The notes under the pieces are model-generated. The model made no database searches and had not been told where the DNA came from. It saw nothing but the letters and a program-made list of their open reading frames with translations. A stretch of 64,000 nt of DNA from Takakia lepidozioides. Lineage: Eukaryota; Plantae; Bryophyta. The DNA lies in the NCBI GenBank assembly GCA_030704615.1, contig CM060732.1, positions 25,792,001 to 25,856,000 on the forward strand, in the 5' to 3' direction. Position numbers and translations under genes: made by a program. The stretch's first letter is position 1. Every line of letters begins with the position of its first letter. This document shows, one piece after another, positions 25,712-39,019 of the stretch.

Positions 25712-27114
25712 ATGGCACCCAAGGCCGCAGCAAGGAAATCGGGGGAGCCGTCGCAAGGTAGAGAGCCAAACCTGAACCGAGCAATGGAGTCAGTGTCCTG
25801 CACATAGGAATTTGTGAAGCGAGCTCCACCCTGAAGTGTAGAGCATGCAACAAGATGTAGCTATGGACCACACTTCTGAATCAAAAGCTTGTGAAATCCC
25901 ACCAGTGCTGCTAGAATTATCTTGGTTTTGGTTTTTGTTTCCATATGTGAATTTACAAATTCTGTTTTGGGAGCTCGTTTAGATTTCGAGACGAAAGACG
26001 ATGCCTTCAAGGACGAATGCGTGAAGTATGGATGGGATTGCATTTGGAAAGGGCTAGAGCTGCATATCAGAGAGAAGGCCATTTATCCTCGGGTTGTTGC
26101 GCATGCCGTGGCATTCACTGTGGCCCAGGTCACAAACAACCCCACACCACCTCCCATCAGAAGGGGAGAACAGTCTGTTAGATCTGCACAAACTTTCCCA
26201 ACTTTGTGTTGTTTCAAAATTCTTGGTTGTGTACCGAGAGCTGTACCAGTTCCATACTGGGGCTTGTATCCATTTGAGTTGAGAAGGGGTGTAGCCCCAT
26301 GTTGTCAATATGACTGCAAGGCTCATGTGATAAAGCTTTTGCATCTCTGTTTGTTTCTACCCACCATAAACACTTCCTGACACTGGCAACAACATTGGCC
26401 ATATGAATGGCACAGATGGTGCAAATGGTGTGTTATGCCAGCCTGGTGAAGATGGACAATTGGGACCACCCCATTAAAGGACAACATTTAGAAGAATGGG
26501 ATCCACCTGAAGAGTGTCAGCTACCCCCCATTGATGCGTGGGCCCGGCAGGTCATCCCCATGGAGATGAAACGACCCCCACCACCTACCGCATTCTCAGA
26601 GCACGACTTCATGAAGAGTCTTCAGCACCTTCGACAACGCAAGATGTCAGTCGATGTTCTCCATGGCGCAGCAGAGGATCTTGCTCGGCGCCGCAACTCA
26701 ACTGCTTTGATCCAGCTTCAAGTGCCTCGAAGACACAGTGAGCCTGCACACATGGCAAATGAAGCCATGCACTTTTATGAAGGCGTCCTGAAACCCTTTG
26801 GCATGAGGTAAGTTGCTATCGTGGAACATGTGATCCCATGCTTTCAAATCCTCAAATGGAGAAGAGAGGGAGAATCCTGAGGCTGTTGAGAAAATTCTCA
26901 GCTCCACCATTCAAAGCTAAAAAGGCTCATAACTCTTCTGAATATCAGATTAACCCACTTTGGTCTTTGCAGGCAAATCTTCAGCACACCCGAGCCCGAT
27001 AAGAGAGAGTCAAATGGGAAAGACGAGAAAGGGGAAGATGAGAAGGAAGCTCCTGCAGGTGCCACGACTAAGGAAGCTCCAACTTCAATGGTCAAAAAGA
27101 GCAAAACGAAATAG
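25712..27114 (+). CDS. Intact 4-exon gene, ~241 aa, unknown function (possibly C2orf81/DUF4639-like)
   Basis: Exons 25712-25757, 25983-26128, 26416-26807 and 26973-27114 with matching intron phases 1/0/2 and GT-AG sites. Motif EEWDPPEECQLPPIDAWARQVIP. Confidence 0.65.
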
Positions 27115-27173
27115 TGCCTTACCCCCCTCCCATACTATACACAAGGCTATCATCACCAGTACATTACCCATTA

Positions 27174-27600
27174 CCCACCTCACGCAGCTAGTTGGTGAGT
27201 GAATCGTTCTCCGGACAAGTGCAATGAAATATATACTGATTTATGTATATGACATACATGTATCACCACAGCTCCTGGGGTTGCAATCAGTGTTGAGCGG
27301 ATATACAACTTACCCGGATATAACCGCCGGGTATATCCGGGTAAGTTTACCCATATATATCCTGACCTGCAGGTTTTGCTTGCCCTTACGCGCACCCTTA
27401 CGAAGGGTATATTTTATGTCATCCCCCCCCCCCCCGGGACCGGGATGAAGGTAAATCACCAGCATTTTCCCGACCCTTAGGGTGGGTAATGTTTTTCTTT
27501 GGCGGGTAATGGAATCTGGGTAATAGGCTTGCTGACCTATGTTCTTGTGCCATGGGCTGCCTTCTTTCCATTGCTGATTAAATTGTATCTCAAGGACAGA
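27174..27600 (+). repeat. Duplicate of 21954-22129 plus the left part of the hAT element without its nested insertions
   Basis: Near-identical flank and TIR; continuous across the MULE-like and Harbinger insertion points. Confidence 0.9.
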
Positions 27601-27628
27601 TCACAAATCCCAAAGCACTATGGAGGTA

Positions 27629-27842
27629 AGATGTTGGAACTCATGAACTGAATTACTTCACTGGGTGGGGTGCTTGCTTACTCAAGACAAGGATCTTCCA
27701 CTCGGACCTTCCACGGTTTTTGGCCAGCATATTGGTGATGATAACGGTGTGTATAGTATGGGAGGTCTGAGTGGAAGGTCCTTGTCTTGAGTAAGTAAGC
27801 ACCCCACCAGTGAAGTAATTCAGTTGATGAGTTCCAACATCT
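27629..27842. repeat. Inverted repeat with ~75-bp arms
   Basis: AGATGTTGGAACTCATGAACTGAATTACTTCACTGG... pairs with ...CCAGTGAAGTAATTCAGTTGATGAGTTCCAACATCT. Confidence 0.9.
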
Positions 27843-27949
27843 AATAATCAAAACAACTGGGGATTTTGAAACATAATCGTTGTGGTCACTGCTTCTGAAA
27901 GTACACCACTCTGTTCTGCCAAGTAGTGCATGACAAAAGTCACGTTACA

Positions 27950-28136
27950 GAAAGTATGACGCCTCCCGAAGGAAGCGTAACTTATAGAGTCACTTCACCC
28001 CGAAGAGCTATTGCCGTCCACTAGGAAGGTGGACACCTTCATGACACACCAGACCGTGGTTTGAACCCACAACCACATCCAACATGGTATGTGCCCATTA
28101 CCACTGGGCTACATGCTAGTTGTCAACACATCACAG
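27950..28136 (-). mobile_element. tRNA-related SINE-like segment absent from the paralogous copy
   Basis: A box TAGCCCAGTGGTAATGGGC and B box GGGTTCAAACC on minus; missing at ~63390 in the duplicate; ACAG at both junctions. Confidence 0.55.
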
Positions 28137-28785
28137 GCATCATATGACAAGAGTTGAAATTGTCAAGAACACAGAGAAACAATGACTGGCAATGTTGACC
28201 ATTCAATCTAGGCTCAACGCACCATCCAGTTTATCACCTTCTTCCTACCTAATGAAGTTGAATTGGCTGCCCAGAAAAAAATATCTCTAGCCAATTGAAC
28301 CACCCTGTAGTTGTACTTAACAAGTAGGCCAACACACAAGTAGACGGATAGCCTCCAGCCTATTGATGTCAAAATCGCATTTCATTTTTCATGTTCACAG
28401 TAAAAGTGGAGAAAACAAAAAGGTGTCTCAAGAATGAGCTCACTCTGGAATTTTCACAGATTGCAACAATCAAATTCTCATGGTTGACAAAATGGGCATG
28501 TCAAACTCAACGTGCACTTTTAGCCACCCAAGGAGTAGGAGTGGGATATTGTAAGTGCTGTAATATTCTTAAAAAATGCTGTCTTGCTAGAATGAAGGTG
28601 TATCCTCATGTTTATCTCTCAAAATCCAATTGCTCAACAGGAACCCTTCGTGCAAGTGGGTAAAATCCATACTTACACTAGGGCATTTCAGGGAAACTTT
28701 CAGATGCACTGACCTACCTCAGAAGTACCACGCAAATGGCACAAAGTAATCTACAGGCTCCAAAATAATTTGACATCTCACAGAA

Positions 28786-31700
28786 TTAGAGTAAATGTCT
28801 TTGGGCAGTCTCTAGCTGCCATTTTGCATCCGCCTTTTCCCATCTCTTTGTATATATATCCCATTCAATCCTGCACCTCTCCTGTACCTGCACCATTGCC
28901 AAAACATTTCACCTCTAATCTGATAGTTTGTTCCTTCAGGGTCCTGCATTAAGTGACATGCTTCCTACTACATTCCAACCTAGAGAAACAGGTTCACTAT
29001 GTCTATCCTACTTTCCATTCGAATAGCTCAACTGAAAAATCAACATGTGTTCATAATGCCTTATTTCAGGTCCAAGCCAGGTATTACCGAGTAACTAAAA
29101 TTGATGAACACTGTCTCCACCACAATGGACCAGAATAAGAGGGCAAAATCACTTACCCCTTCCCATGCTGGTTCCCTTGTTGTGATTCTCCCTGAGAAAC
29201 ACAAAAAACCATGTGCAGGCATGAGAACCCAGTGTTGGGCCTGTGCAAATAAACATTGGTAGAAATCATGCAGTGGGAGGTTCACACCTAGACATAATAC
29301 AAGGGAGACACGCTACTGAAGCGCAACTTCCCCTCCCCGAGGCCACAGATCACATATCACCTAGTACTAATGACAATATCACAGGAAATCCAGAAGATAT
29401 ATGAGCCCTCAGCCATCCAATTTACGAGGTCCTCCACTGCCTGGCTACTGGCTCCACTCTGATTCCACCACTAACTGTCTCATCTGTTGCAACAGAAGGA
29501 CAAATCCATCTACATGCTTGCTGCTTGCCACCAAGTAGAATGCATACCAACTGCAGGCTCAGCATCGGCTGAAGCAACCGTGTGGCACCATAATTTCCTT
29601 TCTATAACCACTAGGTTAGCAGGATAACAAGTCATGTTTTCTGAGAGAGTGATTCCACTTTTCTAATCCTATTTTGAAATTGGCCGAGTATAATACAACT
29701 GGTATAATACATTGAGGAAATTGCTTCAGGCAGACACTTACTTTCTTTAACCAGCCAAGACTGAAACCATACAACAGGAAGAGAGGTGCACCTTTGTCCA
29801 AGAGACGGGACAACCTTGTGTCGGATCCACTGGGCATCAACCACCCCTATCTTCTCCCGCCTGATACAGAAGAGACGGAGATCTACATCGAAGGGCAGAA
29901 TTTCACTGAGTCCAACTATCGATGCACAATATAGCCGCACCCATCTTTACCTTCTGTAACAGATCTATAAAGGACACCCGAAGTTCATGCCACTAAGATT
30001 CTTCTCCCCAATAGGGGGGTTGGCCTCTCCTATGGATGCCATCTCTGGTATCCAAATCAGGGCAGATATGATAAAAAAAAATTGCCAGCTATTTCTAGAC
30101 AGCTGAAGCCTAAGAAGTACGGAGGGTCAGGAGGCAGGCTAACCTGAATGCAGTGTTGCAGACTGAAGTCCAGGCCCCAGCCATGAACAAGGTCATTCTG
30201 TAGCCAGCCAATGTGACACAGTTCTTAGCCCTTTGTTATCTCCAAAATCTCTGCCCTTGCCCTGAACGAACTTTACTTGCCAAACTACTTGAAGATAGTC
30301 CTACCTGTCCCACACAGCTTCTGGAAATCACTTAACAAAGCCCCATTCACACTTTGCCAATCCTTATTGACAACCTTGAACACCAGATGCATGATACTTT
30401 ATGAATTCGACTTCTGATGTCCCTCCACCAAAGGAAAGTGGAAGAAGAATAACAAGTTCAAAAGCATACATGCAATGGGATGAAGTAACTAACTAGACAA
30501 CTCACATACCTGTATGATATACCAAACACATCGCCATGCTTTTCGTGAAAAGACGGGGGCCATAAGCTCTACAAAAGTGCAATAATCACAAAGCCAAGGT
30601 CGAACCAAAAGTGTCAGTGCACTGTTATGCCTTACAACCAAGAGAAGTGCCTCAAATGCAGTCGTCACAGAGAACCAATCCAGACTTACAAGCTAACTCA
30701 CAACGTCCATATGCATTGCTATTCTGTCCAACCGATTCACTACTAGGCGTTGAACAAAACAAGAGCACATGGGCACAATTAATAAACTTGCCATTTTTGT
30801 TCAATAAAGTATATAACTTCAAGAAAATCATGGTGCAAGTTTTGAATCTCCGACTGCTGGATAATATATACAACATCGAAAGTTACCGCACCCTGCACAT
30901 GGTGGCTCGTGAGGATCCGAACACCAACAGCGGACAAGCACTTCATGATTCCATGGACAACCACCCTAGCCTGAAAGTTCCTTGACACTCAACAACGAAC
31001 CTACAAAATCTCTACATGTAACAACATATGCATGCCTGCTTAATTGTGCACCTCAACGTCACCCCGACGTTTAGTCATTTGCCAAGTCAAACCCCGATCA
31101 GGCTCCAGGCCTGGTTGTGATATCTCTTGACCAGCTCTAGGTACCTGCAAAAACAACTCCATCACCCCCTTATAACCTCATACACCTGCGATCCAACCCG
31201 GCAGAGTTGTAGCTGTAATAGCCTCCTCCCATGTCCCATGACATAAAGAACACAACAGCACCATGGGGGCTGGCATTCCCACTGTAAGATCCCCTGGCCA
31301 ACAACACGTGGTGCAGAAAGTAGATCTATACAATGCACACGCACATGAGTTCACTCCTCGCAAGTGCCATGGCAGAAGCAACATGGCCCAGCTCTGCCAC
31401 CTTATTTCATTGCATCACCTGAATCTACACTCTAGCCAGCAACACGACTAACAGTAGTGCAAGTAACAAAGAGTAAGCCAAAGATAATCACAATGAGTTC
31501 ATTCAAACACACCTCTCTGCGTCGACGTGCTCCAAATAGAGATCCTCATCCCAAATAAACATGTACTCATATGGTTCCACCATATATGGATGTAGAAAGC
31601 GCTTCGCATACCACCTGAAAAAGCAAGTCATTCTGAGCGTTTTTGTCACAGCAAGAACAGATTCTCACACAAACAGTTCATGTTCATATGCTGGAGAGGT

Positions 31701-32165
31701 GCAGGCTGCGATTCTGCCTCTGCTGCTCGCTTGACAACTAAGAACAACATGCTAGTGTTGATGTGAATAGGAAGACGCAAAGAGAACCTACCACTTGGCT
31801 TGTTTGCGGGCACTGACATGTATAGCACTTTTGGACCACTCAAAGTCATCCCACTCATTGACATGCCCGGCATAATGGAATAGCATAACTTGCCAGTCCT
31901 TGGAAAACTGCACACAAATGGCTCACCATCAGTTGATACCCTACATAGGCTAGCACCCCCCAATTCAACTGGTTGGTTAAAACCTAACATCCACATGTTG
32001 TGAGAAAGGCTCGTTCCACCCAAATGTAAGCCCTCACAGCAGTTAGCCTTCCAGCACACACCCCCTTTAAACACAAGAGACCACAAATGAGCTCACGATT
32101 GAGAGTCATGCAGTGAGGATCAAGCAACATACTTTGGAAACTGCCCGATTGACCATGTCCTTCTG
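28786..32165 (-). pseudogene. DUF707 family pseudogene, 5' truncated
   Basis: Exons 32133-32165 (QKDMVNRAVSK), 31792-31907 (FSKDWQVMLFHY..WDDFEWS..KQAKW), 31513-31614 (WYAKRFLHP..YEYMFIWDED), 31044-31144 (ISQPGLEPDRGLTWQMTKRR), ~30892-30930 (WCSDPHEPPCA), 30510-30576 (FVELMAPVFSRKAWRCVW), 30144-30197 (NDLVHGWGLDF), 29792-29860 (EKIGVVDAQWI), 29157-29191 and 28786-28887. Frameshifts and mutated splice sites are present. Confidence 0.92.
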
Positions 32166-32166
32166 G

Positions 32167-34078
32167 GCTCAAACAGTGTGCGTCAACGCACACTGTTTGA
32201 GCCCACCTTGTCATTGTTTTCTTCATGTGAAAATCGGCCACATAGGGCCACTCAGGCAGGTTCAATACCATCCAATCCACACCCCACCCCGAATTGGAAG
32301 CTCAAACAGTGTGCGGCACCGCACACTTGTTTAGGGCCCCCCATTTTGGTGTTGTTTTTTCATGTTCAAAATGGCCACATAGGGCCACTATGGCAGGTTC
32401 AATCCACCCCGAATTGTAAGCTCAAACAGTGTGCGGTACCGCACACTGTTTGAGCCCCCCATTTTGCTTGTTTTTTCATGTTCAAAACGGCCACATAGGG
32501 CCACTCTGGCAGGTTCGCCTCCAGCTTTAGGATGTCCTTGATGAGGGGTGGACGAACGACGGGCATGGAAACCAACCTACACAGGGGAATCTTCAACCTC
32601 CCACCCAAGGCAAGCATACTTTGCACCACAAGCTGAGAGTTTACCTTCTGACCCCCCAGCATCTCAGCAACTTTGCTTTCATAGAACTCATCGTCCACAT
32701 CAACAATGATCTCTTTCCCCTGCCCCAAAGGGATCTCATCCGCCACACTTTGCATCTTCTCCTGCAGAGTTATTCATTCAAATTGATATAAGATAGAGGC
32801 ATGAAACGATGGTGTTTTGAGCATGGCAGATAGGCCCTATGTGGCCCAATTTCTCATTAGAAAACAAGCAGTGTGGGGGCCGAAAATACTGTGCGCTGCC
32901 GCACAATGTTTCAGCTTCCAAATAGTGGTGTTTTCAACATGATATTTGGCCCTATATGGCACATTTCCACCAAAAAACAGGCGAGAGGGGCCAAAAAGGA
33001 GGCACAAACAGTGTGCGTTGCCGCACACTCTTCGTGCTACCAACTATGGGTGTTTTGAGCATGCATAATGGCCTTGTTTGGCCCAATTTCACATAGAAAA
33101 ACAAGCAGAGAGGGGGCTCAAATAGTGTGCATTGCCGCACACTGTCTAAGCTTCCAATAAGGGTTCGTTTCAACCTGCCAGAGTGGCCCTAGGTGCCCGA
33201 TTTTCACAACAAAAAACAAGCAGACAAGGGGGCTCAAACAGTGTGTGCCGCACACTGTTTGAGATTGCAATAAGGGGTGATTTTAACATGGCATAGTGGC
33301 CATGAGTGGCCAATTTTGAAATAAAAAAAAAGTCAGTGAAGGGGGCTCAAACAGTGTGCGTTGCCGCACACTATTTGAGCTTCCATTTCGGGGTGGATCC
33401 AACCTGCCAGACTGGCCCTAGGTGCATAATTTTCATGTCAAAAAACAAGCAAATCAGGGGGCTCAAATAGTGTGCGTTGACGCAAAACGTTTGGGCTGCC
33501 AGGTAAGTGTGAATTGAACCTGACAGAGATGACCTTTGTGGTCGATTCTAAAATGAAAAAATAATGTCAAGTGTGGGCTCAAACAGTGTGCAATGCCACA
33601 CACTGTTTAAGCTTCCAAAAAGCGTGGAATGAACCTTATAGAGAGGCGACTGTGTGCATGATTTTCACATTCAAGAAACAATTACGAGGGGGGCTCAAAC
33701 AATGTGCGTTGACGCACACTGTTTGAGCTGCCAGGTTAGTGTGGATTGAACCTCACAGAGTTACCCTGTCTGGACAATTTTATTATGAAAAAAACAATGA
33801 GAAGGGGGGCTCAAATAATGTGCGTTGGCGCACACAGTTTGAGCTACCAGGAAATTGTTCATTGAACCTCACAGAGATACCCTGTTTGGACGATTTTTAT
33901 TCCAAAAAAACAATGAGAAGGGGGCTCAAACAGTGTGCGTTGGCACACACTGTTTGAGCTTCGATTTAGGGGTGGATTGAACCAGACAGAGAGGCCCATG
34001 TATGCACCATTTCCAAACCAAAAAAACAAGGCACAAGGGGGGCTCAAACAGTGTGCATTGACGCACACTGTTTGAGCT
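32167..34078. repeat. Two opposed arrays of a ~116-bp unit containing the hairpin GCTCAAACAGTGTGCG-TTGA-CGCACACTGTTTGAGC
   Basis: 3 units in reverse orientation (32167-32515) and 11 forward (~32830-34078). Inter-hairpin segments are homologous but diverged. Confidence 0.93.
32516..32762 (-). pseudogene. Coding fragment trapped between the two hairpin arrays
   Basis: Open frame ...RLKIPLCRLVSMPVVRPPLIKDILKLEA after a TGCAG acceptor; cut by array sequence at 32515. Family not established. Confidence 0.4.
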
Positions 34079-36632
34079 GTTGTTGTTCAAAGGTAGGCTT
34101 CATGCCCTGAGGTTAAATTTCAGTCTAGTGCCGAGAGTGGGTAGACCCTTGAGGTCATCCAAGATGTTCTCCCCCATGTCACTGACTGGAAACAAGTTCA
34201 GGGAAATTTTTCTGCCTAACTTCATTTCATCATCAGACATCTCATGGCAACAGACATGGCTTTGGACACTACAGCCTCTAAGTCAGATTTATCAACCCAT
34301 ATTGCAGATCCGTACTCCAAGGCAGGTCTAATAATGCGACAAAGCATGGTTTTCTTAACCTCAGAGTTGACCCCTCTGAAGAAAAAGTTAAAAGAGAGAG
34401 GAAGATATTCATGTCATGTCAAGACATGGACAAGACCAACTAGGGTCATTTGTCAATTAAAGACATAAACAGCCCATGACAGGGCACCATCTAACATTTC
34501 CAGTCTTGTCATAACACACCAAGTGACGCCACCCATTCAGTCATGATAAAACAGGGTGGGAGGGCGGGGTATGTTCATAATCAGATTCCTGTCATGTACC
34601 TAAGTGACCCTCTTGCACAATATAAGTCAGATTGCAGCCTCAGATTATATCATCCATAGTTATCCATAAGATATGCAGCATGCAAGATATCATGGGCATA
34701 TAAGAACTTCTTGCCACATTACAGATCCAAGATATGTATACACAAATACCTTGAGGTGATCCAAGACAAGCATTATGCAAGGTAGGTAAGAATAGTCTGC
34801 CCTACAACACATTCAGTGAGTGTTCACACCGGCAGCAGGAAGGACCAGCCTGCAATTAATTACTTCTGGCCTGCCACCAAGTACACTTCTTGGGCATGGT
34901 AAGCCATATTGCCGCTTCACATTTGGCCAAATGTAAGCACCCCAAAGCATGCATCGTGCAAGGCCTTATGGGTATGTAAGAACAGTCTGTCATTGTATAT
35001 ATTCAGGACCTGTGCACATAGGACTCTTGCTGGCCCAGCCTGCAGTAAATCAGACTTCAAACATGCAACCAAGTGATCACTTTGGGCATGACAAGACTGA
35101 CTGCGACTTCATTCTACACCATGTACACTTGCCCCAATATATACATCATGTAAGGCGTTTTGGCATGGAAGAAAGGCCTGCCCTGTCACAGCATCCAGAT
35201 CTGGACACACATACACTTTGAGTGCCCAAGACCAAGCCCACTTGGCCAAGATAAATCATACAATGCAGGTGACTGTTCATATGGCAAAATAAAGTAAATA
35301 ATCATTGGTCAGAGTCTTTTAGAGCTTACCGTCAATGTTTCACAGAAGGCTAATGCCATGTTTGCAAATAGAACCTCACTATGCTCCATTCCACAACAAA
35401 TCCAGGTCTGAAAACGGCCTGTCAGTGCCTTATCAGGCTGTCTTTTTTAACAAAACTCAGGTCTCCTCATCCTTAGAGCCAAACAGCCATTTATGACTTG
35501 TCCCTTACACCATCAATCCTCTTTTAAGGCCAAAAAAATGGAAACCTAGTCTAAAAATCCACAGGCAAAGCTGTCAAAGATTCAAGACAAGGTAGGATTC
35601 ACATGCAGTGCTGCATGAGACAAGGCCGCCAGGCCAAAGTGCTCCATCAGCAGCAGCAAAAGATAAGTCAAAAGCAAGCATCATCATGTCAAACCAGGAG
35701 CAAGCGGGCCGAAATCGGGGTTGCAGGCAATAGTAGTATGTTCCTTTTGCACACATCCTTATCTGCAAGCTCAAGAGAATTCAAAGTAGGTAGGGATCCT
35801 CACATGGTCCCATCACAAGCCCCCACAAAAACCAATGGGTTAGTGAGTATTGTGGAACCCCGGGTGAATCACAGACCCCTACACTTGTTATCGATGTCAA
35901 CTAAGAACCCCAAAAACAAGAGAGAAAGATATGAAGTAAAATGAACCCTAATCACCAAAAGCACCTTGAGCGATTGGGGAAGGTAACACTGCGTCATCGC
36001 CACCAACACGCCACCTCCAGCACAGCTAAGGAGAAGCGAGGCATACAAATGCTAGGTTTAAGAAGGGAGAGAGAGCGATATACTTCCCACCCAAGCGCCG
36101 CTGCGAAACATAAAAGCCAGAGGAGGGAAAGGGACGATGTCATCACAGCGGATTCTCCCGCCTGTGAGAAGAGACAAGATGCCGCCATTGCGCATCCCCA
36201 GGAGCTCGTCCAGCATGAAGCAGCAGACAGGGTGGCAGCAGAGCACGCCATAACTCGCGAGCTCAGCAGCACGCCGAGTGTAGCTGACAGCGGGAGAAAC
36301 ACCCTAGGGCAGAGCTCGATTTTTCATCCGAAAGATGAATAATCAACCTAGTTGCAAATTTGGACGTGACGTGGCGTTAACGCGTCAGCGTCACATCCGA
36401 CGTCAGCGGCGTGCGTCACGTCACGTCCTAAACCGACGTTACTGTACATAAATATGTTTATTTTTTTACTTTATTATTTACTATTTACTATGAGAACCGA
36501 CGTGGCAACCGATGTGGCCTCATTACGTGGACTTCATTAATTATCTGTAAAATTCATATATTATAATTTATATTGTCAATCATGCCACCGTCAGCAAAGG
36601 TTGGTCGGACAAATTTTTATTTTTTTTAAATA

Positions 36633-37067
36633 GGTGCGACCACCAGAAGGGGGTGGTCGCACATTTTTTCTTATTTTTTAAATGGGTGCGACCACCAGCA
36701 GGTGGTGGTCGCAGCATTTTCATTCTTTTTAATAGGTGCGACCACAAGCAGAGGGTGGTCGCACATTTTTTCTTTTTTTTTAATTGGGTGCGACCACCAG
36801 TAGGTGGTGGTCGTAACTTTTTCATTTTTTTTAAATAGGTGCGAACACTAGAGGATGATATCACATTTTTAATTATTTTTTAAATGGGTGCGACCACCAG
36901 CCGGTGGTGGTCGCAGACTTTTTCTTTTTTGTTATTAGGTGCGACCGTTTATGGAGGATCGCACATTTTTTTTTTTGTTATTAGGTGCGACCGCTCCCTG
37001 GACACGTGGCGAGACGTGAATGGGCAGCAGAGGCGTCGCACGTCAGGCCTCTCCAGGCAGTATATAA
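36633..37067 (+). promoter_or_regulatory. Cluster of ~7-8 TGCGACCACC-N7-GGTGGTCGCA palindromes plus TATA box upstream of the kinase gene
   Basis: Copies about every 51 bp separated by T tracts; TATATAAGGCCT at 37061. Confidence 0.7.
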
Positions 37068-37357
37068 GGCCTACCCCTCATTCCCAACCCACTTTTTTCC
37101 CTCTTTGTGAGTGCGGTTCTGATGCTTCTTGGAGTTTGAACTTCGGTGGCCAGGACTGAGCCTGGGGGGGGGGGGGGGGAAAAGTGGATTTGTGTGGGGA
37201 GGAGTTTTTGTCTTTTTTCCTGGGACTGCGGGAGTTTGCTTTGGATACTATACCAATAGAGGGTGAGGAAATTGGTCTGCTAGTATATAAGGTTATCAAT
37301 AGTCTGGGTTTAGTTTTCCGTTACGAAGCCGCGTCTATTCCGCAAAGTACTTTCATC

Positions 37358-38857
37358 ATGTCCGGAAACGTTGCTTCGAACGCAGTGTCAGGGGTTTCCT
37401 CGGGAAGTGGGCGTAAAGTAGGAAGCGTAAACATGCACATGAACGGGATAGTCAGGTCAACAAAAAAACTATCCAAGTGCAGAGGCCGCGAAGGTGGTGA
37501 AGCAAGTAGTGCTGGATTATTTGAAGGACAATGACATAATGCGTTTGAATCTTTTGTATGTCCGACATGGGAATGAGGGGTTCCTTAGATTCCAGCACAA
37601 TATGGAGATGAGAATGAGGGAGGCTTTGGCCGGGGATGAATGGGAGGAGGACAGGGCAAAGTTCCAGTTCACGAAATGGATGGAGGACCGGGCCCATGAT
37701 GCCACATGGAATCTGAGGCAAACCATGGACAAGTTTGTTACAAGAACACCTGTAGCTGAAGGTCGCATGCCAACTTCGGAGGAGGAGTTGTTTGTGCTTG
37801 TGGATTGGTGGTCTGACATGGCAAAGGCCCGCCAAACGACGTACAAAACCACTCCCATGGAAGGCAGGGTCCTCGTCCGCGGATGCGGCATTGAACGTGA
37901 GATACATATCCACAAACGCATAGGTACAACAACTCGACGCGCCCAAACAGGGAGGGTATGGTACAATTCGGAGGGTTAGAATTGTTGGGGATCAATTCAT
38001 TCCTCCATCTTGGGAGCTAGCAGGGAAAACGCCCAGGGAAAACAAATGCTGAGCTTGCCAAAGTCCAACATAACAATGAGGCGTTGGCTGTAAAGTTCCA
38101 TCATTTCGGCATCATAAAGTATTTTGCGTTGCATCCACGTCGAAATGAAGGTTACACACATTGGTGGAATGGGGGGACCATACGATCATGGTTGAGTATT
38201 GACAGGAAATGGGGGAATGATCGGGATAACAGGGAGTTAATGGAACGACGGGGGACGGAGCAGGAAATGCAGGAGGTCAACCGACTGGTTCGATTCGACA
38301 GAATCGCACCCAATTGGCATGGGCGCTTTTGCACATCATGCTCAACGTCCATAATCACCACCTCTTGCACAACGACATGTCCCCCGAAACATCTTGTTGC
38401 ATTTTCACAAGGGTCTGAAGATGTGTACATCGGGGTATGCGATTGGGGATGGCCTCCACGACGGATGACCCAAAAACCACGTTGTACATTTTCGAGAGCA
38501 GAGACAAGATGATAAAGACTCTCGCACATAGATGGTGGATTGCACCTGAAATGCAATTGTTCATAATGTAGCCAACAACCAGTCAGATGGCACACCTCGT
38601 AGGCCCCCTCTAACCGTGCCATCAGAGACCTTTGCAATTGGGAAGATAGCCCAGGCAATAAATGGGGGTAACACGTTCGATGCAAGTCTGTTCAACGATA
38701 TGTCTACTTAACCTGTTTTGTTTCCGCTATGGAAAACTTGTGTGTAGACACAGTAGAGTTGCGGTACAAACTAGAAAATGTTGTGAAGCGTTTCATGACG
38801 GGGCTATTCAATTGGCCTGAGCCCAAAAATTGCTGGAGGATGGATAAAAACTTGTAG
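37358..38857 (+). pseudogene. Intronless protein-kinase-like gene, frameshifted
   Basis: Across frames: GGYGTIRRVRI (Gly loop), ELAGK, WWNGGTI, LHNDMSP..ILLHF, IGVCDWG, WIAPE. Confidence 0.8.
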
Positions 38858-39019
38858 ACCTCTGACTGTACATCATGTTTGAATAAATGTTGTTTTCAAT
38901 TGTGTTTGTCTCGTACCATAATGTTTTTAATGGTTTGTTACTTGGCCATGGCACCTGGGTCCATCATATGGGATAATCAAGCACCACACCCACGAATCTT
39001 GAAGAGTGACAGTGTACAC

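Noticed and set aside
32167-34078. CRISPR array
   Set aside because: The ~80-bp spacers are homologous to each other rather than unique, there are no cas genes, and the context is eukaryotic with introns.
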